From positions 6,950-38,949 of the forward strand of contig JAFNIV010000010.1 in the NCBI GenBank assembly GCA_017601145.1: a DNA stretch of 32,000 bases, written 5' to 3'. This document shows, piece by piece, positions 1 to 7,850 of the stretch. Numbering within the stretch: position 1 is the first letter of the stretch; every line of letters begins with the position of its first letter. The notes beneath the pieces are model-generated. The model was not told the DNA's origin, ran no database searches, and saw only the letters and a program-made list of their open reading frames with translations. This stretch comes from Candidatus Brockarchaeota archaeon (GTDB lineage Archaea; Thermoproteota; EX4484-205; JAAOZO01). The position numbers were made by a program, and so were the translations under genes.

Positions 1-1031
1 CTTATATAACTTGCCATTTCAGTATGCCAATTTGCTACACTAGTTGGATTGTAGTTATCAGTTAAATCAACTTCATTAAAAAGTTCCCAAGCTAAAAGGT
101 TAGTATAGCCAGAGTACCTTGCAACCATGTATCTCAAAAATTTTTTAAAATACTCTTTAGCTTCAGTATTGGTAAAGAATTGATAAGGATATGATATTGG
201 ACCTCCATTTTTTGAATTGTAAGGGTTGTCGTTCCAGTTATCTTGAGCAATCAGCTGTCCATGATTCACTAGACATAACATTACATAGATTCCGTTTCTT
301 TTAGCTAAGTTCATAACGTAGTCGAGCTTCCATGCTTCTTCTAAGTTATAGTGTCCTACTTTCCTACTCCATCCTATTCCAAATGCCCAAGGCGCAAGCC
401 ATATCCTTGCATAGTTTTCTCCATTGTCTTTCATCTTACTAAACCAATTGTCATAATCATAAGTTCCGTTACTTGAGTACCAACATAGATTCTCACCGAT
501 TAAGAAAAGACCACTACCGTTTTCTAGGTACAAATATCCTGTTTTGCTCATACGAACAAAACCAAGGTCATGAGAATATCCTTTAACAAAGAAGTTAACA
601 AATGAATAGTTTTCAAGCTTCTTGTTTTTGTACAAGTTAATCTTTACTAAGTAATTTCCTTCTAGAAATGGAGTAAACCTTACCTTCCAGTATGGGTCTC
701 CTATTGGTGTTAAAACTTCTTTTCCATTTACTAAACTTCTGTTATAGTCTTGGTGGTAAAATGCAGGAAATGCAACAACCCTTTTGTCTGGAAGAGTTAT
801 TTCAGAAGTTACATTTATCTCGTCTTCATTGAATGGATCCTCTATTCTCCCAGAAATTTTTATGTTTATGTCTACTGTATCATAAACCTTTGGATTCTTA
901 TTAGAAACTTCAACGCTTTCTAGTTTTAATGATTCTTCTTTTCGTTTGGGAACGTTCGAATAAAAATAGTATCCAATCACGAATATAACAACCAATAATA
1001 GAACTAGCAAAACTAGAATATAACTCTTCAT
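1..1031 (-). CDS. Glycoside hydrolase, GH5-like (clan GH-A TIM barrel) with N-terminal membrane anchor/signal and Ig-like domain; 3' end lies beyond the window edge (partial)
   Basis: Not in the ORF track because no stop codon falls inside the window. ATG = cat at 1029-1031. My translation is open to base 1: MKSYILVLLVLLLVVIFVIGYYF (hydrophobic anchor) ... GLFLIGENLCWY ... ENYARIWLAPWAF ... GIYVMLCLVNHGQ ... NLLAWELFNEVD. The NE acid/base motif follows a beta-strand as in GH5-type enzymes. Confidence 0.55.
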   Translation of the reverse strand, partial: MKSYILVLLVLLLVVIFVIGYYFYSNVPKRKEESLKLESVEVSNKNPKVYDTVDINIKISGRIEDPFNEDEINVTSEITLPDKRVVAFPAFYHQDYNRSLVNGKEVLTPIGDPYWKVRFTPFLEGNYLVKINLYKNKKLENYSFVNFFVKGYSHDLGFVRMSKTGYLYLENGSGLFLIGENLCWYSSNGTYDYDNWFSKMKDNGENYARIWLAPWAFGIGWSRKVGHYNLEEAWKLDYVMNLAKRNGIYVMLCLVNHGQLIAQDNWNDNPYNSKNGGPISYPYQFFTNTEAKEYFKKFLRYMVARYSGYTNLLAWELFNEVDLTDNYNPTSVANWHTEMASYI

Positions 1032-1053
1032 GCTTTTAGTAATTACAAAGAAA

Positions 1054-1061
1054 TTTTTAAA
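1054..1061 (-). promoter_or_regulatory. Candidate TATA box for the GH5-like gene (would give a leaderless mRNA)
   Basis: The minus strand reads TTTAAAAA, centred ~26-27 nt upstream of the ATG at 1031. This fits the archaeal TATA consensus TTTAWATA and the usual TATA-to-TSS spacing. Confidence 0.35.
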
Positions 1062-1296
1062 CTTTTTATTTTTGAAAAAAACATTTAAGTAAATCAGTTA
1101 AACAAAGTAAAACTTGATGTTACAAAAAGTATACAAAAACTTAAAGTTTCCAGTATGTAAAAAGAGGAAATGGAAAGCTTTTTTATTACAGAACTAGAAC
1201 TCTATATAATGGAATTTTGCCTAAAGGACGAGAATCATTCAGTTTCAGCCAAGGCAATGCTAACAACGGAGTCGAAGCTTAATTCTGTTAACTCGA

Positions 1297-1455
1297 AGTG
1301 AACTACCCCTCGCTATCGCAAGGAGCTTCCTGCTTCAACGATGGAGCTTGCTGGTATTTCTACCAGTAGAGGCTTCGTCTCAGCAGGCGAATCAGGGCTA
1401 TCCCATCCCCTCATTTTTATTCGGCAAGCAGATATCCAATCCCTATAGGGATTTT
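1297..1455 (-). ncRNA. Putative TnpB omega-RNA (reRNA) scaffold overlapping the tnpB 3' end; the guide would be read from flank left of 1297
   Basis: By analogy with characterised IS605 elements, the omega-RNA spans the tnpB 3' end and the RE. The region is locally G+C-rich. Hairpins: 1306-1325 (G-U pairs form only on the minus strand), 1351-1366 (ctggta-tttc-taccag, a GAAA loop on the minus strand) and the perfect palindrome aatccctatagggatt at 1438-1453. The 5' limit is a guess. Confidence 0.4.
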
Positions 1456-2440
1456 CATAGCCTAGCCCTTCAGATGTACCTCTTGGGTTCACCTTCACCA
1501 CTCGAACAGCAGCTCTTTCAGCCTTCTGCTCGAGTAGTTGAAGGAATTTTCCCCAAGAAGCATCAAGTATCTTCTGGGCTAAGTTGTGTTTTCTAACCAT
1601 ATTTTTTATGTCCAAGTTTTCAACACATATTACATCGTAATTGTTCACATAGAATCTTGAAAGTTTATGCAGAAAGTCGTTTCTCTGGTTCGTGAGCCTT
1701 TCATAAGCTTTAGCAAGCTTTATTTTTTGTTTCTCATAATTTTTTGAACCTTTCTTTTTCCTTGAAAGCCAATGATGTAGAACTCTTATTCTTCTAATTG
1801 TTTTCTCATAGAATCTCGGATTCTCTATTTGTCTTCCGTCACTATCTGTGAGAAAGTGTTTTACTCCAACATCTAAGCCTACAACATTTTTAGGCTCTCT
1901 TTGAACAACGTTCACTTCTTTCTCAACGAAAACACAGGCAAACCATTTGCCAGAATTATGCCTCTTCACTATGACTTGTTTTATTCTTCCTTCAATGGTT
2001 CTATGAACTCTTATGGGTATGTCACCTATTTTAGATAGGTGAAGCAGGTCAAGCCTCTTCCCCGTTTTGGTAAGCTTGAAGCCGCTCTGGTTGTAAACAA
2101 AGGTTTTGAACCAGCCTTTGCTTTTGAGCCTTAACCTTCCAACCTTCTTTCTATTTTTCTTCAACTGTGATAAGGCTTTTAGGTTTGAGTATAGCTGATA
2201 AAGCACCATCTGCAAAACTTTAGAGTAGACTCTGCCCAACTCAGGCTTTTCCTTCTTCAGTTTAGGTAGCTGAGACTGAAGCTTAATTCTGCTTGGTATC
2301 TTGCTCTTTCCATTCCATTCAGCCAAGAAATAGTTGTAAGTTTGCCTACACAACTCTAAAGTTTCAAACAATCTTCCCTCTTGTTCCTTGCTTGGATAAA
2401 TCCTGAACTTGTAGCTAAGCATTCCCTTGCTCCTCAACAT
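1313..2440 (-). CDS. tnpB: TnpB (RuvC-like RNA-guided nuclease, IS605 OrfB family); atypically lacks the Zn-finger segment
   Basis: N-terminus MLSYKFRIYPSKEQ, so the likely true start is the ATG at 2422. RuvC-I is VGLDVGVKHFLTDSDG (D190), RuvC-II is VICVENLDIKNM (E274), and the RuvC-III-like motif is NPYRDWISACRI (D334). Only ~11 aa separate the TS (322-323) from D334 and none is Cys. The stop codon (1313-1315) sits in the loop of the RE hairpin. Confidence 0.85.
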   Translation of the reverse strand: MLRSKGMLSYKFRIYPSKEQEGRLFETLELCRQTYNYFLAEWNGKSKIPSRIKLQSQLPKLKKEKPELGRVYSKVLQMVLYQLYSNLKALSQLKKNRKKVGRLRLKSKGWFKTFVYNQSGFKLTKTGKRLDLLHLSKIGDIPIRVHRTIEGRIKQVIVKRHNSGKWFACVFVEKEVNVVQREPKNVVGLDVGVKHFLTDSDGRQIENPRFYEKTIRRIRVLHHWLSRKKKGSKNYEKQKIKLAKAYERLTNQRNDFLHKLSRFYVNNYDVICVENLDIKNMVRKHNLAQKILDASWGKFLQLLEQKAERAAVRVVKVNPRGTSEGLGYENPYRDWISACRIKMRGWDSPDSPAETKPLLVEIPASSIVEAGSSLR

Positions 2441-2756
2441 ACTTTTTCAAAACACCCAAAGTCACTTGCCCGGTTGTGGCGAGGAAATACGATGGAGACC
2501 AGAAAACCCCTTTCCAAAGCTTTTCCTTCACTTCAGGGAAGTTTCTCTGGATTTCTCTCGACGTTATGGTTTTTATCGCATTGATGTATTTTGGCATATC
2601 TAATGTCGGCTTCGCCTTGAAAAGCATGTGGAAATGGTCTTTATCATACTCAAGGTTTAGAACATCTACATCAAAGCTTTCGCTTATTTCTCTTATTTTT
2701 TGCTTCAGAAAATCCACAATCTTCTCATTTTCGAACACCTGTCTGTGATATTTCAC
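2415..2756 (-). CDS. tnpA: IS200/IS605 Y1 (HUH) transposase TnpA; conserved N-terminal strand is encoded upstream of the first canonical start
   Basis: HUH motif DKDHFHMLF and catalytic-Tyr helix SPSYFLATTG. The track start is GTG at 2756. The same frame stays open upstream to 2873 and encodes KLDKGAHSVYALQYHLVQV, the conserved beta-1 of TnpA, without any ATG/GTG/TTG. Confidence 0.8.
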   Translation of the reverse strand: MKYHRQVFENEKIVDFLKQKIREISESFDVDVLNLEYDKDHFHMLFKAKPTLDMPKYINAIKTITSREIQRNFPEVKEKLWKGVFWSPSYFLATTGQVTLGVLKKYVEEQGNA

Positions 2757-2828
2757 TACTTGAACGAGATGGTATTGAAGAGCATAAACTGAATGAGCGC
2801 CCTTATCAAGCTTATAAACTATAAATAT

Positions 2829-2884
2829 TTTTCGGCTTTCATCCCCCAGCTTTCGCAGGGGGACTTCCCGCCATCAAAGTTAAA
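2829..2884. repeat. IS left-end segment (56 nt) repeated at 25026-25081, containing the 20-nt hairpin 2843-2862
   Basis: ttttcggctttcat-[hairpin]-acttcccgccatcaaagttaaa is identical in both copies. The exception is the central 10 nt of the hairpin, which are reverse-complemented in the other copy. Confidence 0.9.
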
Positions 2885-3096
2885 GTCTCTAAGGAACTCT
2901 TAGTAAAATGCAAGACAAGTAGCTATCATGTTTTCATGACTTATGACTTATATTTAACTAAAATTAGAGTATGAAAATTTAGCTTTCAAGGAAATATTTT
3001 ATGTTACAAATTAAGAAAAATGACTTTAATAGCAAAAGAATAAAAAGAACTTCTTTTAGAGTAAGGAACAGAAAATTGGAGGAGAAATAAAAACGT

Positions 3097-3795
3097 ATGA
3101 GTGGAAAACCAATTGTTGTACCCGGAGAAATACTAACTTCGGGATACTATAGGGTAGGAGAAAACACAATAAAGTTAGACAATTCAATAATTGCAACAAA
3201 AGTAGGAATACCTCAAACTAAAGGAAATACTATAAGGGTTATAGCACTAAAAAGCTTCTACATACCAAAGATTCATGACTTAATAATAGGCGTAGTTAGT
3301 GAAGTATATTACAACATGTGGAGAGTAAACATTTTTTCTCCTTATGTTGCAGTACTTCCTGCTGTAGATGTTTTTGGTAGGAGATTTGATCCTACGAAAG
3401 ACAACACATTGAAGAAAATGGATGCAGGAACTGTACTAAAAGCAAGAATAACGTTCTTTGACAGAACACAAGATCCAGTAATAACGATTAGAGGCGAAGG
3501 CTTAGGAGTTATAGAGAAGGGCTTTATAACTTATGTGAATCCATCAAAAATTGCGAAACTTATTGGCAAAAAAGGAAACATGCTACAGAAAATCGAACAA
3601 CTTACGAATACGAAGATTACAGTTGGGCAAAATGGAGTAATATTAATTGAAACACAAAGCATTAGTGCAAAGGACAAAGTTATTAAGACAATAAAGTTAA
3701 TTGAAAGAGAAGCACACTTATCTAATTTAGGGGATAGAGTTACGAAAATTTTAAAAGAGGATGAAGAAAATGAGCTTGAAAAAACAACTAATTAA
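3097..3795 (+). CDS. rrp4: Exosome complex RNA-binding subunit Rrp4 (S1 + KH domains)
   Basis: Begins MSGKPIVVPGEIL. An S1-like core is followed by the KH motif IGKKGNMLQKIEQLTNTKITVGQNG. It is the first gene of the conserved archaeal rrp4-rrp41-rrp42 operon, and a GGAGG lies upstream of the ATG. Confidence 0.9.
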   Translation: MSGKPIVVPGEILTSGYYRVGENTIKLDNSIIATKVGIPQTKGNTIRVIALKSFYIPKIHDLIIGVVSEVYYNMWRVNIFSPYVAVLPAVDVFGRRFDPTKDNTLKKMDAGTVLKARITFFDRTQDPVITIRGEGLGVIEKGFITYVNPSKIAKLIGKKGNMLQKIEQLTNTKITVGQNGVILIETQSISAKDKVIKTIKLIEREAHLSNLGDRVTKILKEDEENELEKTTN

Positions 3796-4492
3796 TGAGC
3801 AAGGTATAAGGACGGATGGAAGAGGCATAGACGACCTTAGACCAATAAAGATAACTCTAGGGTATTTAGCACATGCAAATGGTTCAGTCTTATACGAGCA
3901 AGGAAAAAACAAAATCTTAGCCGCAGTTTTTGGGCCTAGCGAAGTTCATCCAAAGCATGCAGAACTTCCAGATAGGGCAATACTGAGAGTAAGGTATAGA
4001 ATGGCTCCCTTTTCAACTGAAGAAAGAAAATCTCCAGCACCAACTAGGAGGGAAATTGAACTTTCAATGGTAATTAGAAACGCTCTAGAGTCTGTAGTGC
4101 TGACAGAACTATTTCCAAGAACAGCGATAGACATATTTATTGAAGTACTGCAAGCAGATGCGGGTACAAGAGTAGCAGGTGTTACTGCAGCAGCGTTAGC
4201 ACTCGCAGATGCAGGAATCCCAATGAAAGGAATAACTGCTGGCTGTGCTGTAGGAAAAGTAGATGGAAAAATTGTTTGCGACTTGAACGACATTGAAGAC
4301 AAGGAAGGAGAAGCAGATATGCCAATTGTATACATTCCAACATTAGGCAAGATATCTTTGTTGCAAATGGATGGATTAATGACTCAAGAAGAATTTAAAC
4401 AAGCACTTTCGAAAGCAATAAATAGTGCGATGAAAGTTTACCAATTACAAGTTAATGCGTTAAAAACGAAATACATCAAGGTAGAAAGGTGA
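3761..4492 (+). CDS. rrp41: Exosome catalytic subunit Rrp41 (RNase PH family)
   Basis: GIRTDGRGIDDLRPIKI ... ANGSVLYEQGKNKILAAVFGP ... DAGTRVAGVTAAALALADAGIPM is a typical RNase PH fold signature. The start could instead be the ATG at 3770. Confidence 0.9.
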   Translation: MKKMSLKKQLINEQGIRTDGRGIDDLRPIKITLGYLAHANGSVLYEQGKNKILAAVFGPSEVHPKHAELPDRAILRVRYRMAPFSTEERKSPAPTRREIELSMVIRNALESVVLTELFPRTAIDIFIEVLQADAGTRVAGVTAAALALADAGIPMKGITAGCAVGKVDGKIVCDLNDIEDKEGEADMPIVYIPTLGKISLLQMDGLMTQEEFKQALSKAINSAMKVYQLQVNALKTKYIKVER

Positions 4493-4501
4493 AAAAATAG
4501 A

Positions 4502-5329
4502 ATGTCTGTTACAAGAGAAAAGCCTGTTGTATCAAAAATTCTGCAAAAGAATATGCTTGAGCTACTATCTAACGGAATAAGGATAGATAAAAGAAAGCTT
4601 GATGAATATAGAAAAATAAGCTACCAAGTAGGGATAATTGAAAAAGCAGATGGATCAGCACTACTTAGCTTAGGTGAAACTATGGTTCTTGTTGGAGTAA
4701 AAGTTGAGTTAGGGCAACCTTTTGAAGATACCCCAGATCAAGGAGTTTTAGTTGTTAATGCAGAACTTCTTCCTTTAGCTTCTCAAACTTTTGAGCCTGG
4801 ACCACCTGATGAAAGAGCAATAGCATTGGCAAGGTACGTCGATAGAAGCATAAGAGAGTCGAATACTGTTGACTTAAAATCACTGACAATAGTCCAAGGA
4901 AAGATTTGCTATGTAGTTTATGTAGACGTCTATGTGTTAGATTATGGAGGGAACTTAGTAGATGCATCAGTTCTGGCAGCCGTGAAAGCCCTAGAGAATA
5001 CAAAAATTAAGAAATATGAACTAGATGAAAATGGAAAAATTATGAAAACTGAGAAAGTCGAAAGTCTAAAACTCAATGATTTTCCAGTTTCCATAACCTT
5101 TGGGATAATAAACAATAAATATTTTGTAGATCCAAGCTTGGAAGAAGAGCAAGCTTGTGATACTTTTCTAACTTTTACCTATACGAAGTCTGGAAACATA
5201 TGTGCTGTTATGAAAAATGAGCAAGGCTTAATTGCCCCTGCTCAAGTAATCGAGATGATGGAACTTGGATGGAAGAAAGCGAAAGAAATAAGTAGCCTTA
5301 TGTTAGGAGGACAGAAAGGAAATGACTAA
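4502..5329 (+). CDS. rrp42: Exosome subunit Rrp42 (RNase PH-like, non-catalytic)
   Basis: GIRIDKRKLDEYRKISYQVG ... ADGSALLSLGETMVLVGVK. The 275-aa length and the position after rrp41 also fit. Confidence 0.9.
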   Translation: MSVTREKPVVSKILQKNMLELLSNGIRIDKRKLDEYRKISYQVGIIEKADGSALLSLGETMVLVGVKVELGQPFEDTPDQGVLVVNAELLPLASQTFEPGPPDERAIALARYVDRSIRESNTVDLKSLTIVQGKICYVVYVDVYVLDYGGNLVDASVLAAVKALENTKIKKYELDENGKIMKTEKVESLKLNDFPVSITFGIINNKYFVDPSLEEEQACDTFLTFTYTKSGNICAVMKNEQGLIAPAQVIEMMELGWKKAKEISSLMLGGQKGND

Positions 5330-5567
5330 GAAAATTTCAGGAATGTTGGGAGCTAAGTATGGATTCACTCTAAGAAGAAGGTATGCAGAAGTTATTCTAA
5401 GAAGGAGAGCAAAATACTATTGCCCAAAATGCCAAACAGGAGTTTTAAAGAGGGTTAGCGTGGGTATTTGGCAGTGTAGAAAGTGTGGCTTCAAGTTTGC
5501 GGGAGGAGCTTACGAGCCATTTACTAAGACAGGAAGAGCAACACTTAGAATTTCTAAGATTATGTGA
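5322..5567 (+). CDS. rpl37ae: Ribosomal protein L37Ae (eL43)
   Basis: Zn-ribbon CPKCQ...CRKCGFKFAGGAYEP. The gene overlaps the rrp42 end by 8 nt, as in the conserved superoperon. Confidence 0.9.
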   Translation: MTKKISGMLGAKYGFTLRRRYAEVILRRRAKYYCPKCQTGVLKRVSVGIWQCRKCGFKFAGGAYEPFTKTGRATLRISKIM

Positions 5568-5591
5568 AAAACATCGGCTAATTATATTAAG

Positions 5592-5599
5592 CTTATAAA
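5592..5599 (+). promoter_or_regulatory. Candidate TATA box upstream of pfdB
   Basis: cttataaa is centred ~31 nt upstream of the ATG at 5627, the same spacing as the TATA boxes before the two tRNA genes. Confidence 0.35.
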
Positions 5600-5626
5600 C
5601 TCTTCTTTTATAGAGAAGAAAACATA

Positions 5627-5953
5627 ATGAGTGCTCCAGAACAAGAGAAGCTTCTAAAGCTACAGGACATGCAAGAAAAAATAGAAAGTCTTAGGATTCA
5701 AATAGAAAGGGTAAAGGGCGAACTTGAAGATGTAGAAAAGGCAATTGAAGCTTTAAGTTCAGAGGAGCAAAAGGATGTTTACCAGTTTTTAGGAAAAATA
5801 ATGATAAAAAGAGAAAAAGATGCAGTCTTAACAGAGTTAAAAGAGAGACAAGAATTCCTGAAGTTAAGGCAATCTGGCTTACAAAAGCAACTTGAAAAAT
5901 TAGAAGAAAAAGCTAAAGAACTAGAAAGTGAAATAAGGGAGACAATAAGATAG
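5627..5953 (+). CDS. pfdB: Prefoldin beta subunit
   Basis: 108-aa coiled-coil / beta-hairpin / coiled-coil protein (VYQFLGKIMIKREKDAVLTELKER). Its position after rpl37ae is conserved. Confidence 0.8.
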   Translation: MSAPEQEKLLKLQDMQEKIESLRIQIERVKGELEDVEKAIEALSSEEQKDVYQFLGKIMIKREKDAVLTELKERQEFLKLRQSGLQKQLEKLEEKAKELESEIRETIR

Positions 5954-6145
5954 TTTTTAACTTTCGTTAAAAGTTTAACTCTGCCCGCATTTATGGGTAA
6001 TTTAACTTATACTTAGCTTTCCTCAATTCTTCCCATTGTTAAATAAGGCTTTCTTGCCAAGTTTAATGTGAGTTTCTTTAAAGAAATTTAACGTAAGGAA
6101 TAAAACCCAAGTAAGAAGGGTTTTACGCGAGAGAATAAAAAGGAA

Positions 6146-7012
6146 ATGAACCCTGAAGAAAGCAAAAAAATAATAAAAGTAAGAAACCTAAAATTTAAGT
6201 ACAAAAACGCTGAGAAAAATGCACTAAACAATATAAACTTTGAGGTAAGAGAAGGGGAGTTCGTCCTCATCACCGGGCCTTCTGGGAGTGGTAAATCAAC
6301 ACTGGCGAAGATACTTACTGGGCTTATACCTAATAGCTATCCTGGTGAGCTTGATGGAGAGATCTCAATTATGGGATTTGATCCAAGAAAGAATAAGATC
6401 TACGAAATTGCTCAAAATGTTGGGTTAGTTCTCCAAAATCCTGAAAATCAATTGTTTGCGCTTACTGTTGAAGATGATGTAGCTTTTGGACCAGAGAATC
6501 TTGGTCTTGGGAGAGAAGAAATAAGGAAAAGAGTAGAGTGGAGCTTAGACGTTGTAAACATGCAAAAGGAAAGACATAAAGCACCTTTTGAACTCTCTGG
6601 AGGCCTTCAACAGAGAGCAGCAATAGCAGCTGTTCTTGCTATGAAACCAAAGGTTTTAATACTTGATGAGCCGACTTCTTATTTAGATACGTTATCAGCT
6701 GTAAAATTCTCTTATTTTTTAGATAACTTAAGGAGAGATCTAAATTTGACAGTCATTTTAATAGAACAAAATGTAGATCTATTCTTTAAATTTTTAAGTA
6801 GAATTGTAGTTATGAGCGAAGGAAAAATTTTAATTGATGATAAACCTGATGTTGTTATAAGCTTTTGCATAAGAAATAAAATCCCAATAAATATTCCACT
6901 TCAATTTTTAATAATAAACAAGGTTTTTGGAAAAAATTGTAATGAAAAAATGCTTCAGGATTATCAGGTTGAAGATTATGAGCTGCTTCTTGAAAAAATA
7001 ATTGATGGGTGA
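6146..7012 (+). CDS. ecfA1: ECF transporter ATPase component EcfA1 (CbiO family ABC ATPase)
   Basis: Walker A GPSGSGKST, signature LSGGLQQR, Walker B LILDEPTSYLD. It is followed by a second ATPase and an EcfT gene. Confidence 0.85.
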   Translation: MNPEESKKIIKVRNLKFKYKNAEKNALNNINFEVREGEFVLITGPSGSGKSTLAKILTGLIPNSYPGELDGEISIMGFDPRKNKIYEIAQNVGLVLQNPENQLFALTVEDDVAFGPENLGLGREEIRKRVEWSLDVVNMQKERHKAPFELSGGLQQRAAIAAVLAMKPKVLILDEPTSYLDTLSAVKFSYFLDNLRRDLNLTVILIEQNVDLFFKFLSRIVVMSEGKILIDDKPDVVISFCIRNKIPINIPLQFLIINKVFGKNCNEKMLQDYQVEDYELLLEKIIDG

Positions 7013-7021
7013 ACAAATAGG

Positions 7022-7849
7022 ATGGCAGAAATATCAATAGAAGACGTTAGTTTTTCATATGAACAAGATAGGGAAAACAACTTTGTACTAAAAAACATAA
7101 ACTACTCTATTTTACCTGGAGATTCAGTGCTACTTTTAGGACCAAATGGCTCTGGAAAAACAACCTTACTAAAGTTAATTATGGGATTACTGAAACCAAC
7201 AAAAGGAAAAATTAAGATAGATAATATCGACACTAATAAATTAAGTGTCTTTGAAATTTCGAAAAAGGTAAGCATGATATTTCAGAATCCTGAAAAACAA
7301 TTCTTTGCTGAAACTGTAAGAGAAGAACTTTCATTTGGATTAAAAAATCGAGGATTACGAGAAGAAGAAATAAAAATGTTAGTTGATGAAGTATCAAAAA
7401 AATTTGGATTGTTCGAATACCTTGATAGAAGCCCATTTGATTTAAGTGGTGGCGAAAAAAGAAGACTGTCTATAGCAAGTATAGCAATATTGGACCCCGA
7501 GGTTCTAATAGTTGATGAACCTACAGCGGGACTTGACTTTCAATATAGGAATTTAATGGTAGGTATTCTAAGAGAGTTCTTAAAAACAAAAAATAAGTCA
7601 CTTATAATTGCAACACACGATATTGATTTCGGACTGAGAATAGCAAACAAAGCTGCAGTAATAGATGAAGGAAAACTTATTTGGAATGGCGATATAGTAA
7701 GTTTACTTAAAGAAGAAGAGATTTTTTCTAAAGGAATACTAACTCATACTTTTGCATCAAGCCTTATATCAAAATTAATTCTTCAAAGCAACGTAGACTT
7801 TCAAAAAGTAGTAAAAGGCTTGGAAGAACTAGCGGAGGGATTAATGTAA
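7022..7849 (+). CDS. ecfA2: ECF transporter ATPase component EcfA2 (CbiO family)
   Basis: Walker A GPNGSGKTT, signature LSGGEKRR, Walker B LIVDEPTAGLD, H-loop ATHD. Confidence 0.85.
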   Translation: MAEISIEDVSFSYEQDRENNFVLKNINYSILPGDSVLLLGPNGSGKTTLLKLIMGLLKPTKGKIKIDNIDTNKLSVFEISKKVSMIFQNPEKQFFAETVREELSFGLKNRGLREEEIKMLVDEVSKKFGLFEYLDRSPFDLSGGEKRRLSIASIAILDPEVLIVDEPTAGLDFQYRNLMVGILREFLKTKNKSLIIATHDIDFGLRIANKAAVIDEGKLIWNGDIVSLLKEEEIFSKGILTHTFASSLISKLILQSNVDFQKVVKGLEELAEGLM

Positions 7850-7850
7850 G

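Larger units (their letters stand above)
1297..2884 (-). mobile_element. IS200/IS605-family insertion sequence (IS605-type: tnpA + tnpB, overlapping, same strand), 1588 bp
   Basis: Contains a Y1 HUH transposase ORF and a TnpB ORF. Boundaries come from comparison with the second copy of both ends at 24836-25081: 40 nt identical at the RE side (1297-1336) and 56 nt at the LE side (2829-2884). Subterminal imperfect hairpins lie at 1306-1325 (RE) and 2843-2862 (LE). On the minus strand they have the same architecture, CYCCTTGC-GAWA-GCKRGGGG. Confidence 0.85.

Noticed and set aside
1274-1287. The 14-nt string gaagcttaattctg in the flank next to the IS right end is repeated inside tnpB (2278-2291). 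This could look like an omega-RNA guide matching its own gene.
   Set aside because: A few chance 14-mers are expected in a 32-kb AT-rich window. The match only partly overlaps the ~16 nt that would serve as guide, and no TTTAA motif is positioned appropriately next to 2278-2291.
2808-2820. The 13-nt string aagcttataaact occurs both in the IS left end and upstream of pfdB (5589-5601)
   Set aside because: Both occurrences are TATA-box-like AT-rich promoter contexts. The match is short and does not extend, so it most likely reflects convergent promoter sequence rather than a repeat element.
2860-2873. The minus-strand sequence ggcgggaagtccccc resembles the RNase P RNA conserved GGAAAGUCC (CR-I) motif
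   Set aside because: It is part of the IS left end, which is present in both element copies. None of the other RNase P conserved regions or helices are nearby.
5954-5980. Possible terminator hairpin after pfdB (aacttt-cgtta-aaagtt) following a T5 run
   Set aside because: The stem is only 6 A-T-rich base pairs. The oligo-T tract alone may terminate transcription, but I cannot support a hairpin terminator call.
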